DNA of 64,000 nt from Ignavibacteriota bacterium (GTDB taxonomy: Bacteria; Bacteroidota; Ignavibacteria; UBA10030): contig CAWBMS010000007.1 of the NCBI GenBank assembly GCA_963790045.1, forward strand, positions 225,705 to 289,704. The letters are read 5' to 3'. Of the stretch, positions 37,386 through 47,670 are shown one piece after another. A model generated the notes under the pieces. That model ran no database searches and was not told the DNA's origin. It saw only the letters and a program-made list of their open reading frames with translations. Within the stretch, counting starts at the first letter, position 1, and each line of letters starts with the position of its first letter. The translations under genes and the position numbers were made by a program.

Positions 37386-38569
37386 ACAGTAACAGTACTC
37401 ATCAAGATATTACAACGTTAGAAAAGCGTGTAGGGCATCAAGGCAATTCGCCGCTCTTTGCGCAATTAGCGTCATATTATCTTGAGCAAAGCCGTGCGCA
37501 GGATGCATTGCGTCTATGCGACGCCGGGCTTGCGAATTTTCCATTTTATACAACCGGGCACCTTATCAAGGGGAAAACACTTCTTGCATTGAAGATGTTT
37601 GCCGAGGCGCGACGCGAGTTTGAATTTGTAGCGGAGTTCTTGCCAACCAATCACGCGATCAAAGATTTGCTTGCAAGTATTCCCACCGAAGAAGAAATTC
37701 TTCCCGCGCCAGTTCAAACACTGCCAGCACCACCAGCAGAACCGACAATGAATACCGAGATTCCTCATGTTGTCGAACAACCTGCTGTTGCAACGCGTAC
37801 CGTTGGCATTCCTGCTGCAGAAATAGAGCAGCCCGTTCAAGATTTTGGATACACACCACCCATTCCGATACAGCAACAGCCATCATTCACACCACCGGAA
37901 CCGGTGAGTAATAAAGATCTCTTGGATACAATGGAACGGCATCCCGATATTGAAATACCCGTAGTGACCGAGCCGACGCCATTTGCAGATTTTTCGTTTA
38001 TACCGCCGGCGGTTTCATCAACTTCTGAACCGCAAAACTTTGCAACGGAACAACTAAACAATTTCGATTTTCCGTTCTCACAGCAGCAAGAAAAATCCCC
38101 CGGAATAGAGCAGCAAGACGAATCATTCCAAAAATTTGTTATGCGAAAAAGCACTGAACTTTCCGGCGAGAATACAATAACGCTGGATGAATACTTTGCG
38201 TCGGAAATTCAAACAGCTTCTTCGCCAATTCCCGAAAGAATATTTGATAATACACCACCGGAAACCGCGGCGCCCTTAGAACCCAACAAGATTGAAGAGC
38301 TTGCCGAAAAACTTCAAAGTGCTGGAAAAATTACACCGGTGATTAACTTTGCGCAAAAAGAAACACCGACCGTTTCTGAAGACGACGCACCCGCCAGTGT
38401 GGGATTTGTAACACCGACGCTTGCCGAAATTTATGCCAAGCAAGGATGGTATGATGATGCGATCAAAGCGTACAAAACGTTAGCGCGCAACAAACCCGCA
38501 GACCGTGAACGCTTTGAACAACGTGTGGCTGAATTGGAAGCGTTGAAGCAACAAGCCGGGCCGCAATAA
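37382..38569 (+). CDS. TPR-containing protein with a long Pro/Gln-rich linker
   Basis: TPR-like helices at both ends and a low-complexity centre. Stop/start overlap with the GT2 gene. Confidence 0.55.
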   Translation: MNSNSTHQDITTLEKRVGHQGNSPLFAQLASYYLEQSRAQDALRLCDAGLANFPFYTTGHLIKGKTLLALKMFAEARREFEFVAEFLPTNHAIKDLLASIPTEEEILPAPVQTLPAPPAEPTMNTEIPHVVEQPAVATRTVGIPAAEIEQPVQDFGYTPPIPIQQQPSFTPPEPVSNKDLLDTMERHPDIEIPVVTEPTPFADFSFIPPAVSSTSEPQNFATEQLNNFDFPFSQQQEKSPGIEQQDESFQKFVMRKSTELSGENTITLDEYFASEIQTASSPIPERIFDNTPPETAAPLEPNKIEELAEKLQSAGKITPVINFAQKETPTVSEDDAPASVGFVTPTLAEIYAKQGWYDDAIKAYKTLARNKPADRERFEQRVAELEALKQQAGPQ

Positions 38570-38667
38570 CCAATCTCTTTTTGTTGATTTTAATTTGACG
38601 TTGGATTCTCTTCATTCTGTAGTCAATAGAGCATCCCGCTACCCTTCCAGTATTTTTGTATCTTTTT

Positions 38668-39396
38668 ATGAAGAAAATAAATTTTGTAGTCGAACCAATT
38701 GGCGTCATCCACACGCCGTTTAAAACAAAATATGGCACACCGCGGCAGCCGGCAACCGCAGCAGAAAGAACAACGGGAGTGATTATGCTTAACGAACACC
38801 AGAATTTTGAACAGGCGCTGGAAGATTTAAACGGATTTGAATACATCTGGGTGCTGTTTTGGTTCCATCAAAATAAAAATTGGAAACCGAAAGTCCTTCC
38901 ACCGAACAGCGGAAGGATAAAGCACGGTGTCTTTGCAACACGTTCGCCTCACCGCCCCAATCTTATCGGTTTGTCGTTATGCAAATTGCTGGAAGTGCAC
39001 GGCCGCACGATTTGTATTGAAAATCCCGATATGTTAGATAGAACGCCTGTTCTCGATATCAAGCCGTACATCCCGCATGCCGAAGCATTTCCTAATGCAC
39101 GCGCTGGTTGGATTGAAGCAATGAACGAACATTCTCTCCCGCCATACACCGTAACGATTTCTGCCGAGGTGAAACAAAAATTAAAAAGTGTTGAAGCAGA
39201 AGAACACCGCGAGGTCGTTTTGTATGTGAACGGCATCCTTTCTCGCGATCCGCATCCGCACACGTACCGGCGTATTAAAGTTTTAAAGGATGGAACATCT
39301 GTGCTTGCTGTAAAACGGTGGCGATTTCAGTTTGAGATTGTAGGAACAGATGTGCGGGTGCTGAAATGCTGGCGCGTGAAAGAAGAGAAGAATTAA
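38668..39396 (+). CDS. trmO: tRNA (N6-threonylcarbamoyladenosine37-N6)-methyltransferase TrmO/TsaA family
   Basis: IGVIHTPFKTKYGTPRQP, FATRSPHRPNLIGLS and LDIKPYIP are the UPF0066 signatures. Confidence 0.85.
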   Translation: MKKINFVVEPIGVIHTPFKTKYGTPRQPATAAERTTGVIMLNEHQNFEQALEDLNGFEYIWVLFWFHQNKNWKPKVLPPNSGRIKHGVFATRSPHRPNLIGLSLCKLLEVHGRTICIENPDMLDRTPVLDIKPYIPHAEAFPNARAGWIEAMNEHSLPPYTVTISAEVKQKLKSVEAEEHREVVLYVNGILSRDPHPHTYRRIKVLKDGTSVLAVKRWRFQFEIVGTDVRVLKCWRVKEEKN

Positions 39397-40778
39397 ACTG
39401 TTCGGGAAAAAATTGGTTTGTCTTTTCGGAGTTTATCCAAATACGCATCGAAGCACATCGCAATGTTCCGGATCACAAATCTTCCGGCATCTTGAATGAT
39501 GATGCGTTCTTTATCCATCGTGATTAGGTGAAGCGGAAGAAATGCTTGCAGTTTATCGAGAGCTGCCGCAAAATATTCGTCGAACACAATTTCAAATCGT
39601 TGTTCGACATCTCGCTTATTCAATTCCAAATCGCACATTAATCGCATGATAACAAACTTGCGAAGTTCGTCGTCGTGCGTCATTCTGTAGCCAAGAATTG
39701 TCGGGAAATTTCCGCTGTGCACCGCTTCATAATAGATAGGTAAGTCTTTGGCATTCTGCGAATACACACCGCCGAAATGCGAAATTGCCGACATACCGAA
39801 TCCAAACAAATCCGCACCGGCCTTAATGGAATAACCTTGAAAATTTCTGTGCAGACGTTTTCGTTTTTGTTCCAGCGCAAGCTCATCCGTCGGTTTTGCA
39901 AAATGATCCATGCCGATGTACTGATAGCCGGCATGTTGTAGCGTATTGATCGTTAATTGAAGCAATTGCAATTTTTCATCCGGAGACGGCAATTGATCGA
40001 CATGCAATAACTTTTGATGCGGCTTCAACCACGGCACGTAAGCGAAATTAAAAACAGCAATGCGTTCCGGTGAGAGCGCGACAACTTTTTCCAATGTTCG
40101 TTTGAATGAATCTACCGTTTGTAGCGGCAGTCCATAAATCAAATCAATGTTGATGCTCTTGATGCCGAGATTGCGTGCCCACGTGAAAACCTGCTTCGTC
40201 ATTGTTTCCGGTTGAATGCGATTGACAGTTTTTTGCACGTCTTCCTGAAAATCTTGCACACCGAGACTGAATCGATTTGCACCTGATGCGACAAACGCTT
40301 TCAGATGATCGAAGGTCAATTCGCGCGGATCAAGTTCCACGCTGATCTCCGCATCTTCTGCAAACGCAAAATGGTTTTTGAAATGCGACGCAAGGTCACA
40401 AATTTCTTCCGGCGAAAGGAATGATGGCGTACCGCCGCCCCATGCCATTTGCACCACCGGACGGCTTTGAGAAATGCACGCAGCCGTTTTACTGATTTCT
40501 GATTTTAGTACTTGTAAATATTCAACCGCATGTTGATGGTTGGGTGTAATGATGGTGGTGCATCCGCAAAAATAACACAGCGTGTCGCAAAACGGAATGT
40601 GGACATATAATGATAAAGGGCTATTGTTGTTTTGATTGTTTGCGGAAAGGTCATCTTGAAATTGCTGCGCGCCATAGGATTTGGAAAACACCGGCGCTGT
40701 GGGATAACTGGTGTAGCGTGGTCCAGGAACATCGAAGATTCGTAAAATAGAAAGAAAATGTTCGTCTGCGTGAATCAT
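39393..40778 (-). CDS. hemN: oxygen-independent coproporphyrinogen III oxidase
   Basis: PGPRYTSYPTAP and the radical-SAM motif IPFCDTLCYFCGC. Start at ATG 40778. Confidence 0.9.
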   Translation of the reverse strand: MIHADEHFLSILRIFDVPGPRYTSYPTAPVFSKSYGAQQFQDDLSANNQNNNSPLSLYVHIPFCDTLCYFCGCTTIITPNHQHAVEYLQVLKSEISKTAACISQSRPVVQMAWGGGTPSFLSPEEICDLASHFKNHFAFAEDAEISVELDPRELTFDHLKAFVASGANRFSLGVQDFQEDVQKTVNRIQPETMTKQVFTWARNLGIKSINIDLIYGLPLQTVDSFKRTLEKVVALSPERIAVFNFAYVPWLKPHQKLLHVDQLPSPDEKLQLLQLTINTLQHAGYQYIGMDHFAKPTDELALEQKRKRLHRNFQGYSIKAGADLFGFGMSAISHFGGVYSQNAKDLPIYYEAVHSGNFPTILGYRMTHDDELRKFVIMRLMCDLELNKRDVEQRFEIVFDEYFAAALDKLQAFLPLHLITMDKERIIIQDAGRFVIRNIAMCFDAYLDKLRKDKPIFSRTV

Positions 40779-40822
40779 TATGCCAATAGATGAATTTTCA
40801 CGACGAGGAGACGGATAAAAAA

Positions 40823-41200
40823 TTATGCGACACGTTTGTGCCGAACCTTTTTTGTTTTCGTTGCGCAGTGAGAACAAATTTGCATAGTTGGATCTTTTTT
40901 TAGCTGTACCGCAGAAATTTTATTGCCGCATTCTGCACAGACGCCATAACCGCTTTTCACAGGATCGTTCAGTGCGTCTTCAATTTCTTTGCCGACCGTT
41001 CCGGTGCGCAGCATATTATCACACATCGCGCCGACAACCGATTTGCATGGCTGCTCTACTTGTCCGCAATAGACGCACACATAATCCTTGCCGTCTTTCA
41101 ATGAACGCACCAACGGCGACTTTGACGTTTGGTCTAAATTTTCACTTAGTGCGTGTATCAATCCCAGAGAGCGGGATTGATTTTTTTTCTTTTTCTTCAT
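40823..41200 (-). CDS. DksA/TraR-type C4 zinc-finger protein
   Basis: Two CxxC pairs (CVYCG...C, CAECG...CSHC) and basic termini. The assignment is weak. Confidence 0.5.
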   Translation of the reverse strand: MKKKKKNQSRSLGLIHALSENLDQTSKSPLVRSLKDGKDYVCVYCGQVEQPCKSVVGAMCDNMLRTGTVGKEIEDALNDPVKSGYGVCAECGNKISAVQLKKDPTMQICSHCATKTKKVRHKRVA

Positions 41201-41244
41201 CTTTTTACTCCACGGTCAAAACATCCGTGGCGAACCAGCAGTTC

Positions 41245-42243
41245 CTAAACCAATAATTTAAAACGATTGAGTGCTTTCATATAATTTGCTCGTTCATACG
41301 CAGAAGGGTCTGCAATGGATTTGTGGCTCAAGCTGCCCTTCATCTGTTCCACAGAAACATATTCATGCTCTGTCAACCAGCGCTCGACTTCTTTGACTGT
41401 TTTTGCAACATGATCGGGGCCGTGCATCAACAATGCCGAGCACATCATCGTAACATCTGCGCCGACCATAATCATTTTAATTACATCTTCTGCAGTGTGA
41501 ATGCCGCTCGATGCAGCGATGCTCGCATTGATTTTTCCATGCAACACGCCGATCCAACGCATCGGCAAACGATTGTCGCTGGAATCACTTAATGTCACGC
41601 CGGGCTTTACATCTAATTCATCCAGATCAATATCCGGTTGATAAAAACGATTGAACAACACCAAACCATTAGCGCCTTCATTGACTAAGCGCTGTGCGAA
41701 ATGCGGGAGTGAACTAAAGAACGGACTCAATTTAACAGCAATCGGAATTTTTACGGAAGAGCGAACCTGCTTCAAAACATCCGAATACCGGTTTTCCACT
41801 TCCTGCGCACTTGCCATACCATCGGTTGCAACATGGTAAACGTTTAATTCCAATGCAGCAGCGCCTGCTTTTTCTATTTTCTTTGCATAATTTGTCCAGC
41901 CGCCCGGTGTGACACCATTCAAACTTCCGATAATCGGAATAGATAGTTTCGATGCAGCTTCTGAAAGAAGCTCAACATATTTTTCCGGTTCCAAATGATA
42001 TTCACCGGCATCGGGAAAATAGGAAAGTGCTTCAGCGAAACTTTCTGTACCGTTCGATTTGTAATGATCGAGTGATTCAGATTCGTGTTCGATCTGTTCT
42101 TCAAATAAGGAGTACATCACAATGGCGGCCACGCCTGCATCTTCCAACCGGTGCATCGTGTCCATGTTCTTTGATAATGGACTTGCAGATGCTATGATCG
42201 GATTTTTTAATTTTAATCCGAGATATGATGTTGATAAATCCAT
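41245..42243 (-). CDS. dihydroorotate dehydrogenase-like (class 1 DHOD fold) protein
   Basis: LGLKLKNPIIASASPLS at the start and a TIM-barrel flavoenzyme pattern. Located next to PFOR. Confidence 0.75.
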   Translation of the reverse strand: MDLSTSYLGLKLKNPIIASASPLSKNMDTMHRLEDAGVAAIVMYSLFEEQIEHESESLDHYKSNGTESFAEALSYFPDAGEYHLEPEKYVELLSEAASKLSIPIIGSLNGVTPGGWTNYAKKIEKAGAAALELNVYHVATDGMASAQEVENRYSDVLKQVRSSVKIPIAVKLSPFFSSLPHFAQRLVNEGANGLVLFNRFYQPDIDLDELDVKPGVTLSDSSDNRLPMRWIGVLHGKINASIAASSGIHTAEDVIKMIMVGADVTMMCSALLMHGPDHVAKTVKEVERWLTEHEYVSVEQMKGSLSHKSIADPSAYERANYMKALNRFKLLV

Positions 42244-42297
42244 CTGGTCATCTCCTTTTTTCTGAAAAGTTTTTTACTCTTCTGGAAGTAAAACATT

Positions 42298-42327
42298 CAA
42301 GCCGCCCTAATGGTTTCGGGCGGCTTG
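42298..42327. terminator. 10-bp perfect hairpin between nifJ and the DHOD-like gene
   Basis: CAAGCCGCCC taatggtttc GGGCGGCTTG. T-rich on the plus side and moderately U-rich on the minus side. Confidence 0.55.
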
Positions 42328-42341
42328 AATTATTTTTGGGA

Positions 42342-45300
42342 TTAGTTCGTTGCGGGCTGTTGCAGCGGCACTTCGTTGGCAAATTGCTCATACAATGCCC
42401 AACGGACTTTGACGTCTTCTTCCGCAAGCTTGAGCAATTCTTTTGCGCGTTCCGGCTGCGTTTTGGTTAACACACTGAATCGTGTTTCTGACGACATGAA
42501 TTCTGTCAACGCGCCTTTGGGCGCTTTGGAATCCAGCTTGAATGCGTTTTTCCCTTCCTTCTGCAATTCCGGATTGTACCGGAACAGCGGGAAGTAACCG
42601 GTTTCGACCGCAACTTTTTGGTCGGTCATGCCGCGCGCCATATCGATGCCATGCGCAATGCAATGCGAATAGGCAATGATCAGTGACGGGCCATCGTGCG
42701 CTTCCGCTTCAATGAATGCCTTGACGGTTTGGATATCGTTATATCCAAGAGCGACACGTGCAACATACACGTTGCCATAAAGCATTGCCATCAAGCCGAG
42801 TATCTTTTTTGCCTGTGGATTTTCCGCTTGCTGCAAATTTTGCTACAGCGCCGCGGCTTGTGGATTTCGACATTTGACCGCCGGTATTGGAATAGACTTC
42901 TGTATCAAGCACCAGCACGTTGACATTTTGTCCCGATGCAAGCACGTGATCCAATCCGCCATAACCGATATTGTATGCCCAGCCGTCGCCGCCCATAATC
43001 CAAACGCTGCGTTTCACAAGATGATCCGCAACATCTAACAAGCGCTTCGCTTCCGGCTTGTTGATTGCCGCAAGTTTTTCTTTCAATGCTTTCACACGTT
43101 CACGCTGCGCATAAATTTCCGCTTCATCTTTTTGTGAAGCAGTAAGCAATGCTGTTGCGAGATCGTTTCCGATTTCGTTGGCAAGAAGTTTTACATATTC
43201 TTTTGCGATTTCATTCAACTTGTCCACCGTTACACGCATGCCAAGGCCGAATTCTGCATTGTCTTCAAACAAGGAATTTGCCCACGCCGGGCCGCGGCCG
43301 TTTTTATCCATTGCCCACGGTGTGGTCGGCAGGTTTCCGCCATAGATGGAAGAACATCCTGTGGCGTTGGCTACCAACATCCGATCGCCAAACAACTGGC
43401 TCACGAGTTTCACATACGGCGTTTCACCGCATCCGGAACATGCACCGCTAAACTCAAACAACGGACGGAGGAATTGCGAACCCTTTACCGAATCCGTCTT
43501 CACAGTCCGACGATCCACTTCAGGAATATTGAGGAAGAAATCGAAGTTCGCGCGTTCTTGTTCGCGAATCGGCGGCTGCGGCTTCATGTTGATCGCCTTT
43601 ACCTTTGCTTCTTTCTTACTCTTCGCCGGGCAGACTTCTACGCACAAACTACAACCCGTGCAATCTTCCGGCGCAACCTGAATGGTGTACTTCTTTCCTT
43701 TGTATTCCGGTCCACGATAATCCATCGACTTAAACCCTGCCGGAGCAGAAACAAGATTCTGCCGGATCGTACACCTTTGCGCGAATTGCAGCATGCGGGC
43801 ACACCATCGCACATTTGTTACATTGAATACACACTTCGGTTTCCCACACAGGAATTTCCAGTGCGATGTTTCTCTTTTCCCATTGCGCCGTCGCTGTCGG
43901 GAACGTGCCGTCAATCGGGAATGCACTGACCGGCAACTGGTCGCCGAATCCCGCAATAATTTTTGCCGTCACGTCCTGCACAAATTTCGGCGCCTTTGCC
44001 GAAACAACCGGCGGCATTTCCATAGTGCTGGTCACCGTGGCAGGAATTTTCACTTCAAACAAATTGGCAAGCGTTTGATCGACCGCAGCGTAATTCTTTT
44101 GAACAACGCTCTCGCCTTTTTTGCTGTATGTTTTTTTAATGGAATACTTGATGGCTTCGATTGCTTTGTCGCGCGGCAGCACGCCGGAGATGGCAAAGAA
44201 GCACGTTTGCATAATCGTGTTGACGCGGCTGCCCATACCGGCGGCCTTCGCAACTTCATAAGCATCGATCACATATAACTTCAACTTCTTGTCAATGATC
44301 TGCTTTTGAATGTATCTCGGTAAACGATTCCAGACTTCTTCCTTGCCATAAATACTGTTCAGTAAGAATGTTCCGCCGGGAATAGCCGTTTGCAGCACAT
44401 CAAATTTTTCAAGGAAGAACCATTGGTGGCATGCAATAAAGTTTGCGCGCTCAATCAAGTAAATAGAATGAATCGGGCGAGGGCCAAACCGCAAGTGCGA
44501 TGTGGTGGTTGAACCGGATTTCTTAGAATCATACACAAAATATCCCTGTGCGTAATTTTCGGTATCCTCTCCGATAATTTTGATAGAGTTTTTATTTGCA
44601 CCAACCGTACCGTCAGCGCCCAATCCGTAAAAAATAGCGCGGACAACGTCATCTTTTTCGATGGAGAATTCTTGATCGTAGGCCAAACTGGTATGTGTAA
44701 CATCGTCGTTAATACCGACGGTGAAATGATTTTTCGGTGCCGGCTTCTTCAATTCATCGTACACTGCTTTAATCATCGCGGGCGTAAATTCTTTGGAAGA
44801 CAAACCGTAGCGTCCGCCAATAACACGCGGAAGCGATTTGAACGGCAATGTTCCGGACGTGGCGGCTTCATTCAACGCGGCGATCACATCGAGATACAAC
44901 GGCTCGCCGGTTGCGCCGGTTTCTTTTGTACGATCCAGCACTGCGATTTGCTTTACCGTCGCAGGCAAGGCATCAACAAAGTGTTTGATAGAGAACGGAC
45001 GATAGAGGCGAACTTTTAAGACACCAACTTTTTCGCCTTTCGCAGTGAGATAGTCAACTGTCTCGTGCGTCGTTTCAGCACCTGATCCCATCATCACGAT
45101 CACACGTTCTGCATCCGGTGCACCGACATACTGGAACAATTTATATTCGTGTCCAGTAACTTTGGCGAATTTATCCATCTGTTGTTGAACGATGCCGGGA
45201 ACAGCATCATAATATTTGTTTGCTGCTTCGCGTGACTGGAAAAACACATCCGGATTTTGTGCGGTGCCGCGCATCGAAGGATGTTCCGGCGATAAAGCAC

Positions 45301-45922
45301 GTTGACGATGGTTGCGAACCATGTCATCGCTAATCATAGCGCGAAAATCGTCATCGCTCAATTGATCGATCTTCATCACTTCGTGTGAGGTGCGAAAGCC
45401 GTCAAAGAAATGGACGAACGGCACGCGTGATTCGAATGTCGATGCGTAAGAAATCAACGCAAGGTCCATCGTTTCTTGAACGGAATTTGCAGACAACATT
45501 GCCCAGCCGCATTGACGCACTGCCATCACATCGCCGTGGTCGCCAAAGATGGAAAGCGCATGTGTTGCAAGTGTTCGTGCTGCAATATGAAATACCGTCG
45601 AGGTCAACTCGCCGGCAATTTTATACATATTCGGGATCATCAGCAGCAAACCCTGCGATGCTGTGAACGTGCAGGAAAGTGCGCCGGCTTGCAATGCACC
45701 GTGCACGGCACCGACGGCGCCGCCTTCACTCTGCATTTCAACAACTTTGGGAACGGTGCCCCATAAATTTTTTCGTCCTTGTGCTGACCACTCGTCCGAC
45801 CACTCGCCCATATTGGATGATGGAGTGATAGGATAAATGGCAATGACTTCATTCAGTTTGTGTGCAACGTAGGCAGCGGCCTCATTGCCGTCAATCGTTA
45901 CTGTTCGTTTTTTCTCTGACAT
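42342..45922 (-). CDS. nifJ: pyruvate:ferredoxin (flavodoxin) oxidoreductase, two frame disruptions as sequenced
   Basis: Three track ORFs (43730..45922, 42739..43956, 42342..42836) form one PFOR of about 1192 aa. First junction: RAKVYDPAE|(L/S)VSAPAGFKS at about 43752-43758. Second junction: GKSTGKKD|LGLMAMLYGNVYVA at about 42801. Ferredoxin CxxCxxCxxxCP motifs are present. Confidence 0.95.
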
Positions 45923-46133
45923 TGTGTTATCTCTTTATAGTAAGTAGGTGATAGATCGTTTCTCAAAACATAATTTTTACTGCCGTCATAACTGCAAGAA
46001 TCGTTCCATATCCACTAGCACAGAAACAATCGAAATTGAACATTATGGCGGCTACATTTTTTACATTGTTGCAGAATTGAGATTTTTGTTGGTTCAATTT
46101 GCAGATTTAAATGTAATAAAAAAATTCCCTGCC

Positions 46134-47063
46134 TCAAAGAGCTTGAAAAAATTGTTTGTCACCAAAACAGTACGATTTTATCAAATGTTGCTGCTCGAGG
46201 GCATGTAACGTTTCCAATATGCTCTCTTTTCGCAACGACAACGAAGACATCATTTCCCCAACCGTCATTGCGCGACGCTGGAGGAGAGAAAGAATTGCTT
46301 GCGAATCAACTATGCGTTCTTCGGTTTTATGTTTTTCTTTGAAAACACCGACAATTTCACATCGTTCACCAAAAGTTTGCTGAATCTCTTTCATCCGTTG
46401 TTCACTTACCGGCAAGGCAAAAGCCTCAGCCGGCGGGCGCACAACAGTATTGATATGCACTTTATCCGGTTGAATGTGTTGAATGACTTCTTTCATCCGT
46501 TGCACTTCATCGTCGTGGTCGTTCATTCCGCGGACAAATAAAATTTCTAACCAATATTGTCCATGAAACTCACGTCGAAATATTTTCAATCCTTCCACAA
46601 TTTCGGCAATTTGTAAACGCGGATGCGGACGATCCACAGCTTCGAACACTTCTTGCGTCACCGCATCAAGCGATGGTGAGACAATATCTGCTTCCAACAA
46701 ATTGCGCCGCACATCCGGCAAGAATAATAATGTGCCGTTCGTCAAGACCGCAACTGGCACCGATGTGATTTGTTTGATGCCATGAATAATTTCTCCGATT
46801 TTCGAGTTAAGCGTCGGTTCGCCGGAACCGGAAATGGTGATATGATCGAGATTGGGATATTGCGACAACGCTTCTTTGACTTCCGCAAGAATATCGTTTG
46901 CCAGAACATATTCTTTCCGCGCAAGTCCGCGCTTATCTGTCAAACCGACTTCACAATACACACAATCCAGCGTGCATAATTTCCTCGGAATAATATCGAC
47001 ACCAAGCGACAAACCAAGCCGCCGCGACGGAACAGGCCCGAAAATATATTTCCATGAATTCAT
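46134..47063 (-). CDS. radical SAM protein with a C-terminal winged-helix-like tail
   Basis: FGPVPSRRLGLSLGVD and CTLDCVYCE (CxxxCxxC). Confidence 0.85.
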   Translation of the reverse strand: MNSWKYIFGPVPSRRLGLSLGVDIIPRKLCTLDCVYCEVGLTDKRGLARKEYVLANDILAEVKEALSQYPNLDHITISGSGEPTLNSKIGEIIHGIKQITSVPVAVLTNGTLLFLPDVRRNLLEADIVSPSLDAVTQEVFEAVDRPHPRLQIAEIVEGLKIFRREFHGQYWLEILFVRGMNDHDDEVQRMKEVIQHIQPDKVHINTVVRPPAEAFALPVSEQRMKEIQQTFGERCEIVGVFKEKHKTEERIVDSQAILSLLQRRAMTVGEMMSSLSLRKESILETLHALEQQHLIKSYCFGDKQFFQAL

Positions 47064-47107
47064 TTTTTATACATTTCTTTTAACACGACCAAAAAACAAT
47101 TTCTGCG

Positions 47108-47512
47108 CTATTTTGGTTTCTGAATATTTTCCACATCATGAATTTGCAGCGAGAGCGCATCAATCGAAACCTGAACCTCCCGCAGCGACAATGCTAAAGA
47201 AATCAAAAGCAGCAAAAGACTTCCACCGAATACCCACTTCGCCGCGACGGTAAATCCTGTAAACAACAATACCATGCATAACACGCAACCGAAAAAACTT
47301 GCCACGCCATACACCTGCATATTGCGAATAATACCGATGCGGTATTTTAAACTTTGCAATTGCCCTTTAATGCGATTATCTGGTTCTTGTTTATACCGGC
47401 CGTACAATTCACGAATCAACGCGGCAAGCGCTAAAAAACGGCTGGTGTACGCCAGCAATAGCAGTGAAATAGCGGGAAATAATAAAGCGGGTGTGGTGAG
47501 GGTTAGTTCCAT
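47108..47512 (-). CDS. DUF2721-like membrane protein
   Basis: 134 aa. Two TM pairs flank an amphipathic stretch (LIRELYGRYKQEPDNRIKGQLQSLKYR). Confidence 0.6.
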   Translation of the reverse strand: MELTLTTPALLFPAISLLLLAYTSRFLALAALIRELYGRYKQEPDNRIKGQLQSLKYRIGIIRNMQVYGVASFFGCVLCMVLLFTGFTVAAKWVFGGSLLLLLISLALSLREVQVSIDALSLQIHDVENIQKPK

Positions 47513-47670
47513 GTCGTTATGTGATTACATAAATAAAACCGATTCTACACAGATTTGTACTCTCACACTCGCAATGTTCTTTCGTGGGTCTATGCAATCC
47601 TATGCACTATTCTCTTGTTAAAATAATAGCAAGAAAAGACGATGGAAGCAAAACGCCGATGGAGCAATGA

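Noticed and set aside
40180-40190. CACGTGAAAAC inside hemN as a fourth copy of the mnmG/rsmG/miaB motif.
   Set aside because: It is intragenic and in no regulatory position. It is kept as a warning that the CACGTGAAA matches may be partly chance.
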